Shown here one piece after another: positions 1 to 8,818 of a DNA stretch of 64,000 bases. A program made the position numbers and the translations under genes. The first letter of the stretch is position 1. Every line of letters starts with the position of its first letter. Under the pieces are notes generated by a model, which saw only the letters and a program-made list of their open reading frames with translations, was not told the origin of the DNA and ran no database searches. Source of the DNA: Enterobacteria phage GiZh; sequence record NC_054903.1; one strand, 5' to 3'.

Positions 1-476
1 TCAAAAGGACAGAATTCTCTTCACGATTATTCCAAAGCTGCTCATAAAGACCAATACCAGAGATTTTACCATTAATGCTTTTATATTCAATGTATCCAAT
101 ATCATTTGCTTTATTTAAAGCTTTATCTAAAGAATACGTTTTACCAATACCTGCTGCGCCGGAGATAATTAATGAACGAATATTTCCATTAATAATACCA
201 TTCGTCATCATTCCCATAACATTAAATCTTTTATTAATGCGGGTTTTCATATCTTCATATGATTCTTTAACTTCTTCAACTTTTACACCATCATATGAAA
301 TATCTGATTTGTAAACCCAAACACCGCGACGTTTACCGTCAATTTCAACAAAAACTTTACCATCTCCTTGTGCATCTACCGGAGCATTATCTGGGAACCA
401 TTCGCCTAAGAGCTCAAAAGTTCCAGAGATTTCTTTACCGAAGTAGATACCCTTATTGATAGTTACAGTTTTCATT
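1..476 (-). CDS. P-loop NTPase (partial; C-terminal part lies beyond window start)
   Basis: Minus-strand ORF from ATG at 476 (MKTVTINKGIYFGK...), Walker A-like IISGAAGIGKTYSL, still open at position 1. Confidence 0.55.
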
Positions 477-499
477 TTATTCTCCAAATCCGTATCAGT

Positions 500-556
500 T
501 GATAGTTGTATAGTACCATAAAGCTTTATGCTTGTAAACCGTTTTGTGAAAAATTT
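500..556 (-). promoter_or_regulatory. early-promoter/stem-loop cassette (PeSL-like)
   Basis: Minus sense GTTTAC (forward gtaaac 535-540), about 18-nt spacer, GGTACTATAC -10-like; near-identical copy at 15758-15815. Confidence 0.5.
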
Positions 557-561
557 TTGAA

Positions 562-590
562 ATAAAAAAAAAGGGAGCCCGAAGGCTCCC
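562..590 (-). terminator. intrinsic terminator
   Basis: Hairpin GGGAGCC-CGAA-GGCTCCC (573-590) followed on the minus strand by a 9-U run. Confidence 0.7.
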
Positions 591-592
591 TA

Positions 593-1606
593 TCATTTAT
601 AATAACTTCGGTGGTTTTCAAGATAGACCTTCTCAAGGAAGTCATCCCAGAAACTCATGTCTACTGTTTTAGGCATACCGTTCTTAGAAGCTTCAGTAGA
701 TGCTGCTTCTACTTGATCGACCACATCTTCCAAAAACTCTTGAACTGTTTTAAATGGATGTTTACCCAACTTCACGTCGAGAATAAATGGAGCATCTTGA
801 AGTGGATAGACTAAGTCACCAGTTTTGTAAATTTCCAATAGTTGGAGTCCACCACGACAAGCATGACTCAAAGCTTTCCAGTCAATACCTTCATTGGCTT
901 CGGCCTTACGAGCACGTTCACCATATTCAGCATCTAATTTGTTCAGTGACTGCTTAAGCTCAATAAGAGAAAGCGTTGTCTGATATTTACGACCCAACAC
1001 AGTGTAGAACGTTTGTGGGCCTGTTTTCTCATGATTATGGAACACCCATTCACAGAATTCGTTTTCTGGAAGACGATGCTTAATATCTTCAACTTTAGTG
1101 CGACGCTGCTTAATAGAACCATCTTCTTGGTAATCAATCCACTGCTCAGGGATTTGATTAACTACTTTCAATACATCACGTAATGCAGCCAAACGAGAAC
1201 CTTTGACACCGTATTTAGAAGCTTGCTTGCGGACATATCCTAAATATGATTTCATGTTAGTCGTATAAAAACGAGAACGGTTGTCTTGAATAAACTTCCA
1301 CACATCAGGCAAATCAGATTTAACCACTAGTTCAGGTGGAGTGTGAAGCATATCTAATGCTACGGTTTCACCATCTGCTGCTAATTTAAAGAAATATTTA
1401 AGACTGTATAGTTCATGGTCAATATCATCTTTAGTGTTTTTAGATGATGTGTTGTTAGTGTTTTTACTCATATGCTCTTTAACATTTCCGATAAGAATAT
1501 CGCGAGCAGGAGGAACAAAGATTTCTTTAAAATCTACATCAGATTCTGGAGTAGAAGTTCCATAAAGATGACTACCAAAATAGCTTTTCATTACTGTTTT
1601 CATCAT
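593..1606 (-). CDS. nucleotidyltransferase-fold protein (pol-beta superfamily signature)
   Basis: 337 aa ORF; N-terminal YFGSHLYGTSTPESDVDF fits the G[GS]-x(9-13)-Dh[DE]h NTase motif; later acidic residue in VALDMLH. Confidence 0.6.
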   Translation of the reverse strand: MMKTVMKSYFGSHLYGTSTPESDVDFKEIFVPPARDILIGNVKEHMSKNTNNTSSKNTKDDIDHELYSLKYFFKLAADGETVALDMLHTPPELVVKSDLPDVWKFIQDNRSRFYTTNMKSYLGYVRKQASKYGVKGSRLAALRDVLKVVNQIPEQWIDYQEDGSIKQRRTKVEDIKHRLPENEFCEWVFHNHEKTGPQTFYTVLGRKYQTTLSLIELKQSLNKLDAEYGERARKAEANEGIDWKALSHACRGGLQLLEIYKTGDLVYPLQDAPFILDVKLGKHPFKTVQEFLEDVVDQVEAASTEASKNGMPKTVDMSFWDDFLEKVYLENHRSYYK

Positions 1607-2064
1607 TCAGCCTTATATTCAATAACAGGACATACTTTAGCTTTACGCGCTTTTAAAAATTCGACGATAACCGATTTCTTGGGTTGAATAGGAGGTAAAC
1701 CTTTATACGCCCTATCAATATTTTCTACGTGTAAAGCATAATCCTTTTTCCATTTATAATCTTTATATTTTTCACGCAAATGTGCAGGAATAACAAATGA
1801 ACCGATAATAAGTAAAACAACCAAAAGCGCAAGTATAAATGCCGATGGAAGAAGAGTCCATAAACTACCGAAAATAAGCCAACGTTGTAGGCTTTCTGCA
1901 CAAATAATTGTTAGCCCTACGAGTATAGCACATCCAAAAATAGAAACGAAAAATGTAGGAATGGCAATAGACCAAAAATATGCGCATAGTGTCTTAGGTC
2001 GTTGCCATTCATCGTTAAACAATTTGAATAATTTATAATGCCAAGAGTTTTCATTAATAATCAT
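1603..2064 (-). CDS. hypothetical membrane protein
   Basis: 153 aa ORF with hydrophobic helices; 4-nt overlap with downstream gene suggests coupling. Confidence 0.5.
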   Translation of the reverse strand: MIINENSWHYKLFKLFNDEWQRPKTLCAYFWSIAIPTFFVSIFGCAILVGLTIICAESLQRWLIFGSLWTLLPSAFILALLVVLLIIGSFVIPAHLREKYKDYKWKKDYALHVENIDRAYKGLPPIQPKKSVIVEFLKARKAKVCPVIEYKAE

Positions 2065-2066
2065 AA

Positions 2067-2588
2067 TTATCCTTTCATTGAAGGTGTAACAGTTGTTAAA
2101 TACTTAATCATAGCCTCAGCTTCTGATTTTGATAGTGAAATTTCTTCACCGTTTTGGCGAATAGAAACAAAATCTGGATGACGATCACCACCAGCTTTTA
2201 AAACACACATATAAGTATCAGCTTCGCCTTCAATATTTGAAATGATTGAAGCAGTTCCACACGAATGTGGTTTTTGATAAATCAATACAGCTTTTCTTCC
2301 ACCATTTGACTGTTCATAGGCTTTTAATACATCAAACAAATCAGTTCTTTTATCAATAGCTAAAATGTTATTTTCATCTTCAATGTTAAATCCTTCGGAT
2401 ACTTCATAAAGCGTTACCCATAAATCACCAATGTCAATAACAGCATTTACTTTTCCACGGCTTTCAAGAGTATGACAAATTTTCTTGATTTCGTCATAAC
2501 TCATTTTAATAATATCATCTCCTTGAATAAGAAAGATGTCATTTTTAAATTCAACACGAATTAAACCACTTTCACTTGAAATAAACAT
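2067..2588 (-). CDS. hypothetical protein, member of a tandem paralog family
   Basis: 173 aa ORF; C-terminus EAEAMIKYLTTVTPSM resembles that of the next ORF. Confidence 0.5.
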   Translation of the reverse strand: MFISSESGLIRVEFKNDIFLIQGDDIIKMSYDEIKKICHTLESRGKVNAVIDIGDLWVTLYEVSEGFNIEDENNILAIDKRTDLFDVLKAYEQSNGGRKAVLIYQKPHSCGTASIISNIEGEADTYMCVLKAGGDRHPDFVSIRQNGEEISLSKSEAEAMIKYLTTVTPSMKG

Positions 2589-2594
2589 ATTTCC

Positions 2595-2906
2595 TCACTT
2601 TGAAATCATAGTTGGAATGACAGAATCAAGATAAGTCTTTAGTGCAATAGCTTCGTCTTTGGTAAATGTGACAATATGTGCTCGAGAATCATCATTTTGG
2701 CGAACAAGTACGACATCGCCATCTTCATAAGAAGTCTTGACATCCAAAGTCGTAGTATAGTTTGCAGCTACTGGATTAATAATGTTAGCACCGCGATCTT
2801 TAGCCCATTGAAGTTTAGCCTTTTCGGGTGTTTCGGCTGTTTCAGATTCTAAGAATTCTTTCACCTTGGCAACGAATGTTGCCCAATTGTTGATAGAAAG
2901 ACACAT
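2595..2906 (-). CDS. hypothetical protein, tandem paralog (start placed at internal Met MCLSINNW)
   Basis: ORF 2595..2966 in track; start trimmed to avoid 56-nt overlap; C-terminus DEAIALKTYLDSVIPTM. Confidence 0.45.
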   Translation of the reverse strand: MCLSINNWATFVAKVKEFLESETAETPEKAKLQWAKDRGANIINPVAANYTTTLDVKTSYEDGDVVLVRQNDDSRAHIVTFTKDEAIALKTYLDSVIPTMISK

Positions 2907-2910
2907 AAAT

Positions 2911-3150
2911 TCAGTTTCNAATATTACCGCCGTAAAGGCCACGATAAAAACGAACTTGGAGGTCACCTGTAATATTAGTTACACCGGTAACTCCTGAGGG
3001 AGCATAAGATAAAATCGCAGCCAGTTCCATAGGAAGAATAGTAATACTATCGTCTTCCTGCGTCAGAACGTATACATTACCGCGTTTTTCGATAACTAGG
3101 TCACCGAACAAATCAGTTGTTTCAATTACAGCTTTCATATTATTTACCAA
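2911..3150 (-). CDS. hypothetical small protein, tandem paralog; contains ambiguous base
   Basis: 79 aa ORF; motif QEDDSITILPMELAAILSY resembles neighbours; N at 2920 gives one X codon. Confidence 0.4.
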   Translation of the reverse strand: MVNNMKAVIETTDLFGDLVIEKRGNVYVLTQEDDSITILPMELAAILSYAPSGVTGVTNITGDLQVRFYRGLYGGNIXN

Positions 3151-3325
3151 TTAAAGTTTCAATATAAGAATCAAGATTTACTTTAGCTTCTTCCATAAGA
3201 GTTTTGTATTTAATCTTGTTAGCATGTCCGGAGAAAGCTGATTCATCAATAATTGTTGATGTATGAACAGCTTTACTATACGTCTCAATTAATTCTCTTA
3301 ATTTAAAAGCCTGCTCACTTGTCAT
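3140..3325 (-). CDS. small helical hypothetical protein
   Basis: 61 aa ORF in track. Confidence 0.4.
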   Translation of the reverse strand: MTSEQAFKLRELIETYSKAVHTSTIIDESAFSGHANKIKYKTLMEEAKVNLDSYIETLIGK

Positions 3326-3489
3326 TACATACTCCTCTGAATCATATCAATAATGTTGTTTACCAAATTATAAGTAAACATTGGGTAATTATATTGAATC
3401 ATCACATACACAACAAACAAAACTTTCATTCTCTTCTCCTTGGCAGTTGACAAGATTACTATACCATAACCTTGCCAACTTGTAAACCA

Positions 3490-3663
3490 TTAAATGACGT
3501 TTTCAATAAAATTCTGAAGCTTTGTGTGAGCATCAACCATGATTTTCATTTCTTCTTTGGCGAAAGCTGTACCTCTTTCCCGAGCAGAATACTCATAGTC
3601 AGAAACTGCATTAGCATATTCTTCAATTAGCTTCATTAAAAACATCTGCTTTTCAGTTTTCAT
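3490..3663 (-). CDS. small helical hypothetical protein (below ORF-track cutoff)
   Basis: Hand-translated 57 aa ORF MKTEKQMFLMKLIEEYANAV..., similar in composition to neighbouring small ORFs. Confidence 0.3.
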   Translation of the reverse strand: MKTEKQMFLMKLIEEYANAVSDYEYSARERGTAFAKEEMKIMVDAHTKLQNFIENVI

Positions 3664-3847
3664 TATTCCACCTAATCATTTCAAGATATTGAACTAATTT
3701 AGCTTTAGATTTGTCCAAATCCTTTTTAGCTGCTTCTATACCGTCGTATGAATATCCTTCACAATGCTCAACTGCTAATTGGTATGAATCTATTTCAATA
3801 TCATGCGCTAATTTAATGATTTTTTCAAACTGTTCGCGTGTTAGCAT
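3653..3847 (-). CDS. small helical hypothetical protein
   Basis: 64 aa ORF in track. Confidence 0.4.
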   Translation of the reverse strand: MLTREQFEKIIKLAHDIEIDSYQLAVEHCEGYSYDGIEAAKKDLDKSKAKLVQYLEMIRWNNEN

Positions 3848-3849
3848 AA

Positions 3850-4053
3850 TTAAACTCTCGTATTATGATCGATAATTTCATCAAGAAACATATCTAACGC
3901 TTCTAAAGCATTATCAACTTTAGCTTCAAGTTCATCAATACCTTTATTTGCAATGCCTGACGAAAACCAAGCAAAGTCACTAAGTTCCTCGTCTGCTTTA
4001 CGAATTAAAGCTACCAATTCTTTAATCTTATCCGCTTGCTCTATACTAATCAT
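3850..4053 (-). CDS. small acidic hypothetical protein (start placed at MISIEQADK)
   Basis: ORF 3850..4089 in track; internal ATG at 4053 gives an ATGA overlap with upstream ORF stop. Confidence 0.4.
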   Translation of the reverse strand: MISIEQADKIKELVALIRKADEELSDFAWFSSGIANKGIDELEAKVDNALEALDMFLDEIIDHNTRV

Positions 4054-4286
4054 TATTCCACCACATATGACAGAGAGAATATTGCACACGCCATGTGAGT
4101 TGCAACTTCATCACACATATTATAACGTTTCTTAAGAAATTCTACAAGTTCTTCACTAGTAACTTCATCCATGTCGACGAAAAAATCACCATTAATGATG
4201 ACGTAGATATTTCCTTCTTGATTGAGTGCTTCAATTTTCATGATGTTCTCCTCTTTATCCGATAGTTGTATAGTATCACAGCTCAA
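4053..4286 (-). CDS. small acidic hypothetical protein
   Basis: 77 aa ORF downstream of an early-promoter-like element. Confidence 0.45.
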   Translation of the reverse strand: MSCDTIQLSDKEENIMKIEALNQEGNIYVIINGDFFVDMDEVTSEELVEFLKKRYNMCDEVATHMACAIFSLSYVVE

Positions 4287-4305
4287 ACGGAAAGTAAACC
4301 GGTAA
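4261..4305 (-). promoter_or_regulatory. early-promoter cassette (PeSL-like)
   Basis: gatagttgtatagtatcac core plus gtaaac at 4294-4299; directly downstream of terminator 4308-4331. Confidence 0.5.
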
Positions 4306-4307
4306 AA

Positions 4308-4331
4308 TGAAAAAAGTCTCCCGAAGGAGAC
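4308..4331 (-). terminator. intrinsic terminator
   Basis: Hairpin GTCTCC-CGAA-GGAGAC plus U-run on minus strand. Confidence 0.65.
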
Positions 4332-4336
4332 TAATG

Positions 4337-4723
4337 TTATTCGAGGGAAAGAAGATACTTACTCTGGTAAAACATTCCAGTAATATCATCTATCGTGCTT
4401 TGGATGGCTGGAGGCATTTCTTTATAAATGCTGTTAGATTGGTCTAGTATGTGATCAATCATTTTAATTGTGTCGGTAGGAAGTTTACTGGCATCTGGAA
4501 TTGAAGGCGTGTATTTTCTACCAGAATACCCCAAATATTGCTCACCAAATTTATCAATCAAATCTGGCAACTCGGAGAAAATAAAATCGTATGCTTTGTG
4601 TCTAGCATAACTTTTAGTTTCAAAATGTGCAGAATGAAAATAAGCTTGTGCAGCCATTAATAAACCTAAGTATTCATCTGCCTTTGAAGGTTTTCCACTT
4701 TGTGAAAAGTCGCTGAATTTCAT
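4337..4723 (-). CDS. hypothetical protein at the T4 rI.-1 position
   Basis: 128 aa ORF immediately downstream of rI, overlapping its stop. Confidence 0.6.
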   Translation of the reverse strand: MKFSDFSQSGKPSKADEYLGLLMAAQAYFHSAHFETKSYARHKAYDFIFSELPDLIDKFGEQYLGYSGRKYTPSIPDASKLPTDTIKMIDHILDQSNSIYKEMPPAIQSTIDDITGMFYQSKYLLSLE

Positions 4724-5013
4724 TCAGTCTCCAATTTAATGTTCATAATTCTAGCGTATGATTGTGCCATCTCCGCGCCTCGTTCTATACATTCAAAATC
4801 AGAAGAGCACGGGTCATTTTTATAGGTCGTTCTCATAAAACTATAGAATTGTTCAGACGATTCTACGCTTTTATTTTCAAAAAGTGTATAAACGTGCCTA
4901 ATACCAGATTCCATAAATTTATCAAAATGAGGATCGACATTCGCTTCAATCGATGGAGATAAAACAAATGACAATCCTAGCATGGCAAAAAGTGCCGTTG
5001 CTTTTAAGGCCAT
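4720..5013 (-). CDS. rI: lysis inhibition regulator rI
   Basis: 97 aa; MALKATALFAMLGLSFVLSPSIEA... matches T4 RI as recalled; N-terminal signal-anchor. Confidence 0.85.
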   Translation of the reverse strand: MALKATALFAMLGLSFVLSPSIEANVDPHFDKFMESGIRHVYTLFENKSVESSEQFYSFMRTTYKNDPCSSDFECIERGAEMAQSYARIMNIKLETE

Positions 5014-5025
5014 AAAGGCCTCCTA

Positions 5026-5238
5026 TCATTTTTGTCCTGTATTTACTTTATGCCGATGCACGGCCTTAACTTTATCAAGGTATTTTTCAAAATTTCGCAA
5101 TCTAGTATAGTCTGCCGGAGATTGGTTGAGTGATACTTCTCGACGCAAAGCTGAAATGATATTTCCAACTTCCCTACGAATTTCATCTAATTGAAGAACA
5201 GTAAGATTGCGAAGTTGCTTTTCAGTTAATTGTAGCAT
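5026..5238 (-). CDS. hypothetical protein at the T4 rI.1 position
   Basis: 70 aa ORF between tk and rI. Confidence 0.55.
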
Positions 5239-5280
5239 ATATACCCCTTTAGTTAGATAAACCTATTTATAACTTTTGCA

Positions 5281-5862
5281 CTAACCGAGCTTTTTAGTTA
5301 ATTCATTCCAATGTTTTCTGCACAAAGAAACATAAATTTCATCACCAATACAGATTTGATTACCTTCTTTAACTGGTGTTCCATCTTCCATTAATCGAGC
5401 TGTCATAATCGCTTTTTTGCCGCAATGACAAACTGCCTTTAGTTCAATAAGTTTATCTGCAATCGCTAAAAGTTCTTTAGAACCTTCAAACAATTTTCCA
5501 GCGAAATCAGTCCTTAATCCATAAGCCATAACAGGAACATTATATGTATCAACAATTCGGCTCAATTGATGCACCTGTTCAGTTTTTAAAAACTGAGCTT
5601 CATCTACAAATACGCAATGAATATCTTTTTGTGCTTCAGCCCATTTATAGAACTCGAAAATATCCATATCATCTGTAATAATATTCGCTTCCTGTTTAAT
5701 TCCAATGCGAGAAACAACTTCACAGACAGAATCGCGAGTATCAATAGCAGGCTTAAGAACTAATACACTCATTCCACGTTCTTTATAATTATGTGCAGCA
5801 GTCAAAAGAGAAGCAGATTTTCCAGCATTCATTGCTGCATAAGTAAAAATTAAACTCGCCAT
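5281..5862 (-). CDS. tk: thymidine kinase
   Basis: 193 aa; P-loop AAMNAGKSASLL; length and sequence consistent with T4 Tk. Confidence 0.9.
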   Translation of the reverse strand: MASLIFTYAAMNAGKSASLLTAAHNYKERGMSVLVLKPAIDTRDSVCEVVSRIGIKQEANIITDDMDIFEFYKWAEAQKDIHCVFVDEAQFLKTEQVHQLSRIVDTYNVPVMAYGLRTDFAGKLFEGSKELLAIADKLIELKAVCHCGKKAIMTARLMEDGTPVKEGNQICIGDEIYVSLCRKHWNELTKKLG

Positions 5863-5871
5863 ATCACCTTC

Positions 5872-6057
5872 TTAAAGCGTATTCACATAAGCTATTAATT
5901 CATTTTCTTTCTTATCAAACCGATCAGCAAATTCTTCCTGCTGTTCTGGAGATAGCGGGCCGTATTCATCATAAAAGGTGTTTGCTTCTATATGCTCATC
6001 TAGAAGTTCATGGATAAGCTCAAACAATTTATCTTTTTGTTCTTTGCTTAGACTCAC
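5872..6057 (-). CDS. small acidic hypothetical protein
   Basis: 61 aa ORF directly upstream of tk. Confidence 0.45.
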   Translation of the reverse strand: MSLSKEQKDKLFELIHELLDEHIEANTFYDEYGPLSPEQQEEFADRFDKKENELIAYVNTL

Positions 6058-6226
6058 AGTATGTCAATCCCCAAAAGTTTTAAAATGACTCGTTTCTGAT
6101 TCATAACCGCTACGATTGAATGACCGTTGGGGTCTTTTTGACCTGATCCAATTATAAATCCTTTTTGCGCAGAAAGTTCAATCAAAACATCAAGTTCACG
6201 TAATAATTGATATTTTAAATCATCAT

Positions 6227-6454
6227 TCATTTTGGTTTACCTTCTTTAACGAAATCAGGATAAGGATAAAATCCTGAATAAAATCCTTCACCTTTATGAT
6301 TGATGCATCCTTTATTAGAACAATAGCACCAATAATCGAAATCACAAGCCATTTCATCGTTGCATAAAGCAAAAACAACCGGCCACTTACACTTTTCACA
6401 GTGGGCATTTTTAAGAATACTAGTTTGGCTCATAACCATGTAACCTTTAAGCAA
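6227..6454 (-). CDS. Cys-rich small protein (possible metal-binding)
   Basis: 75 aa with 8 Cys including CEKC and CYC pairs. Confidence 0.45.
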   Translation of the reverse strand: MLKGYMVMSQTSILKNAHCEKCKWPVVFALCNDEMACDFDYWCYCSNKGCINHKGEGFYSGFYPYPDFVKEGKPK

Positions 6455-6642
6455 TATTCTTCTACATGTTGTTTACGACCTTTCTTATCAATAAAGGTAT
6501 ATTCAACGAATGTTCCAATGTAGTCTTTATCTACATCATGTGGACTATTAATTGGACATTTAGTACGGCAAATGCGTTCCCATTGACGAATAATTACTGC
6601 TTTGTTTTTAGGATCAAACGGATGCGGGTAATGTACTTTCAT
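6430..6642 (-). CDS. hypothetical protein
   Basis: 70 aa ORF in track. Confidence 0.45.
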   Translation of the reverse strand: MKVHYPHPFDPKNKAVIIRQWERICRTKCPINSPHDVDKDYIGTFVEYTFIDKKGRKQHVEEYCLKVTWL

Positions 6643-7093
6643 AATCCACCACTATTAAATCAATATCAGGAGTAAACATGTCGATTAATTTAGAAACCTT
6701 ATCCCAATCGCCGCCAGCAATACCACAACCTATGCGTGGAATGTAAATTACCGGTTTAAACAAAAGGGTTTCTGCCTGTAGATTTAATTCTATCATGCAG
6801 TTTACTAAAGCACCATAATCAAGATTAGGACCTGGTTCGTATTGCGTATACAAGTTATAACATATGCCAAAACCATTAGGTTTATGTTTAAAAACAATAG
6901 ACATATCGCCTAATTTATCACGAGAACCGTACTCAGTAGTGGTTTTATCTATTTCTAAAATTTTGGGATAGGCTCTTGCTAATTGACCCGCTACACCTGA
7001 ACCCATAGTATGAAAACAATTGCACCCGTGCGCAATAATATTACCTTGAAGAAATAGGGCGACAATATCGCCCTTGATATATTTTGCAATCAT
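6614..7093 (-). CDS. macro-domain protein (ADP-ribose binding/hydrolase fold)
   Basis: 159 aa; GDIVALFLQGNIIAHGCNCFHTMGSGVAGQLA and PRIGCGIAGGDW resemble macro-domain Gly-rich loops. Confidence 0.6.
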   Translation of the reverse strand: MIAKYIKGDIVALFLQGNIIAHGCNCFHTMGSGVAGQLARAYPKILEIDKTTTEYGSRDKLGDMSIVFKHKPNGFGICYNLYTQYEPGPNLDYGALVNCMIELNLQAETLLFKPVIYIPRIGCGIAGGDWDKVSKLIDMFTPDIDLIVVDYESTLPASV

Positions 7094-7431
7094 CTAGTAC
7101 TCAATCCTCGATTATAAGAATCTACCAAACGGTCAACCATTGAATGACAAGCGGCTTTATCTTTCTCCTCCGCAACTGAACATTCTAAGGTATTCCACTT
7201 TTTAGCATATCGTTTTAATAATGTATCGTTTTTGTATCTACTTGATTTATCTCTTTCTCCGTCTTTATATGCATATATTAATTTCTGCGCAAATTCAGCT
7301 TGGCATGCTTTATTTTTCCCGCAATAATCCGCTGCAGTACGGTTTACATACTCTCTAATTTCAGTATATGATGTATCTGCTAACGCAGAAAATGAAATTA
7401 ATCCTATACATAAAACCAAAATTTTAGTCAT
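7090..7431 (-). CDS. small secreted Cys-containing protein (T4 vs position)
   Basis: 113 aa; N-terminal signal-peptide-like MTKILVLCIGLISFSALA. Confidence 0.55.
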   Translation of the reverse strand: MTKILVLCIGLISFSALADTSYTEIREYVNRTAADYCGKNKACQAEFAQKLIYAYKDGERDKSSRYKNDTLLKRYAKKWNTLECSVAEEKDKAACHSMVDRLVDSYNRGLSTR

Positions 7432-7969
7432 TTACTATTTCCAAAAGTTTATTATTTTTAAGGTAATTAGCCTTTTCTAGGACTTCAGAAGCATATTTAG
7501 AACCTGCTTTAACATTCCATCCCGAATTATAAGAGGATATTGCTTTTCTTATATCGCCCTTATGTATATTTAACCAATAAGAAAGTTCAATGTACGCCCA
7601 GGAAGCTGAATTGGATCGTTTATTCAACATTCTTTTTATTTCAGCATCGGTCATATTATAACCAAGTTCCTTAACTCTTGCTCGCATAGTAGGCAAATAA
7701 TTTTGGAACATTCCATAAGCGTGATGCTTTGGTTTAGATTTTAAATTAACTCCGCCAGAGCTTTCTTGCCATAAAATAGCAGCCATTATATGACCTAATC
7801 CGCTCTTGTGGATATTTTTGTGTGTTTTATATTTTCCATCCTTAGAAAACTGTTCCCCGAATTGATACGCGTAACGCATGTTATCGAGTTGGACATTACT
7901 GAAAGTATGCTCGGAGCTATGTGCCATCATTGAAATGGCCAATAGACCAGCGAGTAGTGCTTTTCTCAT
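7424..7969 (-). CDS. lytic transglycosylase-like secreted protein
   Basis: 181 aa; signal peptide; AAILWQESSGG resembles the SLT catalytic ES motif. Confidence 0.55.
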   Translation of the reverse strand: MRKALLAGLLAISMMAHSSEHTFSNVQLDNMRYAYQFGEQFSKDGKYKTHKNIHKSGLGHIMAAILWQESSGGVNLKSKPKHHAYGMFQNYLPTMRARVKELGYNMTDAEIKRMLNKRSNSASWAYIELSYWLNIHKGDIRKAISSYNSGWNVKAGSKYASEVLEKANYLKNNKLLEIVND

Positions 7970-7976
7970 GCTTACC

Positions 7977-8438
7977 TCATTGAGTTTTAATTACTGCTTT
8001 AGAAGCCTTTCCTGGTAAACGACGACTGTTGATAATTGCCATCCTGCATTGAAGTGACGGGTTTTTGAACTTCTCATTAGGCTTACAAACCGTAAATCCA
8101 AGCCAAAGATTTCCATCTGTGATTTCTAAACGTCCAGGACGATATTCAACCCCATCAATAAAATCCTCGTCAATGTCAGGACGCGGAGGCATACTCAGGA
8201 ATTCATTAACTTCTAAAACATGGTCTTTTATTTTATGGAATAATTCAAAAACATATGTCTCATCAATCTCCCGTTGAATTGCACGATCAAGAAGATGCTG
8301 AGAATATTTTAGATGAAACGATGAGACCCCTGCTGCTTTTGATGCCTCACGAATCTCATTGTTAATTTGACGAAACTCCGACTCAAAATGACGACGAAGC
8401 TTATTTCGACGGATAAAAACTTCTGTGTTGATAGTCAT
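7977..8438 (-). CDS. regB: endoribonuclease RegB
   Basis: 153 aa; MTINTEVFIRRNKLRRHFESEF... matches T4 RegB as recalled. Confidence 0.85.
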   Translation of the reverse strand: MTINTEVFIRRNKLRRHFESEFRQINNEIREASKAAGVSSFHLKYSQHLLDRAIQREIDETYVFELFHKIKDHVLEVNEFLSMPPRPDIDEDFIDGVEYRPGRLEITDGNLWLGFTVCKPNEKFKNPSLQCRMAIINSRRLPGKASKAVIKTQ

Positions 8439-8457
8439 GTTATTCTCCTCTTAACTG

Positions 8458-8500
8458 ATAGAAAAATTATACCACAGTCAAGAGGAAAAGTAAACAGTTA
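8458..8500 (-). promoter_or_regulatory. early promoter upstream of regB
   Basis: Minus sense TGTTTAC, 18 nt, TATAAT (forward attata 8466-8471; gtaaac 8490-8495). Confidence 0.6.
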
Positions 8501-8818
8501 TTCTTTAAATCTAATCAATTTATTCATAGACTTTGAAACTTCTGCACGAACCTCACGTAAGTTTTTAAGCTGTTCAAGACGCTGCTCATAGTAAGCAATT
8601 TCATCTTCTTCGAGACAGTCCTGTGAATCTTCTTTAAGATAACGTGCATAGTCCTGAAAAGCTTTACGGACTACTTCCTGAAAGTCATCAAGACTTTGAA
8701 TTTTCTTAGGAGCGGCAGATACACGACGAGGTGCAGTATAATACTCATAACCAAACCCTGCACTTAATTGAGCCATTAGTATTTTTCCTCTGGTTGGAAC
8801 ACTGCACGACAAGCCCAC
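8498..8818 (-). CDS. hypothetical protein
   Basis: 106 aa ORF upstream of regB. Confidence 0.5.
   Translation of the reverse strand: MGLSCSVPTRGKILMAQLSAGFGYEYYTAPRRVSAAPKKIQSLDDFQEVVRKAFQDYARYLKEDSQDCLEEDEIAYYEQRLEQLKNLREVRAEVSKSMNKLIRFKE

Noticed and set aside
75-314. Plus-strand 79-aa ORF at the window start
   Set aside because: Lies entirely antisense to the minus-strand P-loop NTPase gene, has low-complexity composition and no ribosome-binding site; likely a spurious antisense ORF.
3326-3430. 34-aa hydrophobic micro-ORF (MKVLFVVYVMIQYNYPMF...) with a GGAGAAGAG upstream sequence
   Set aside because: Too short and unsupported to call; could equally be untranslated leader sequence downstream of a promoter-like element.
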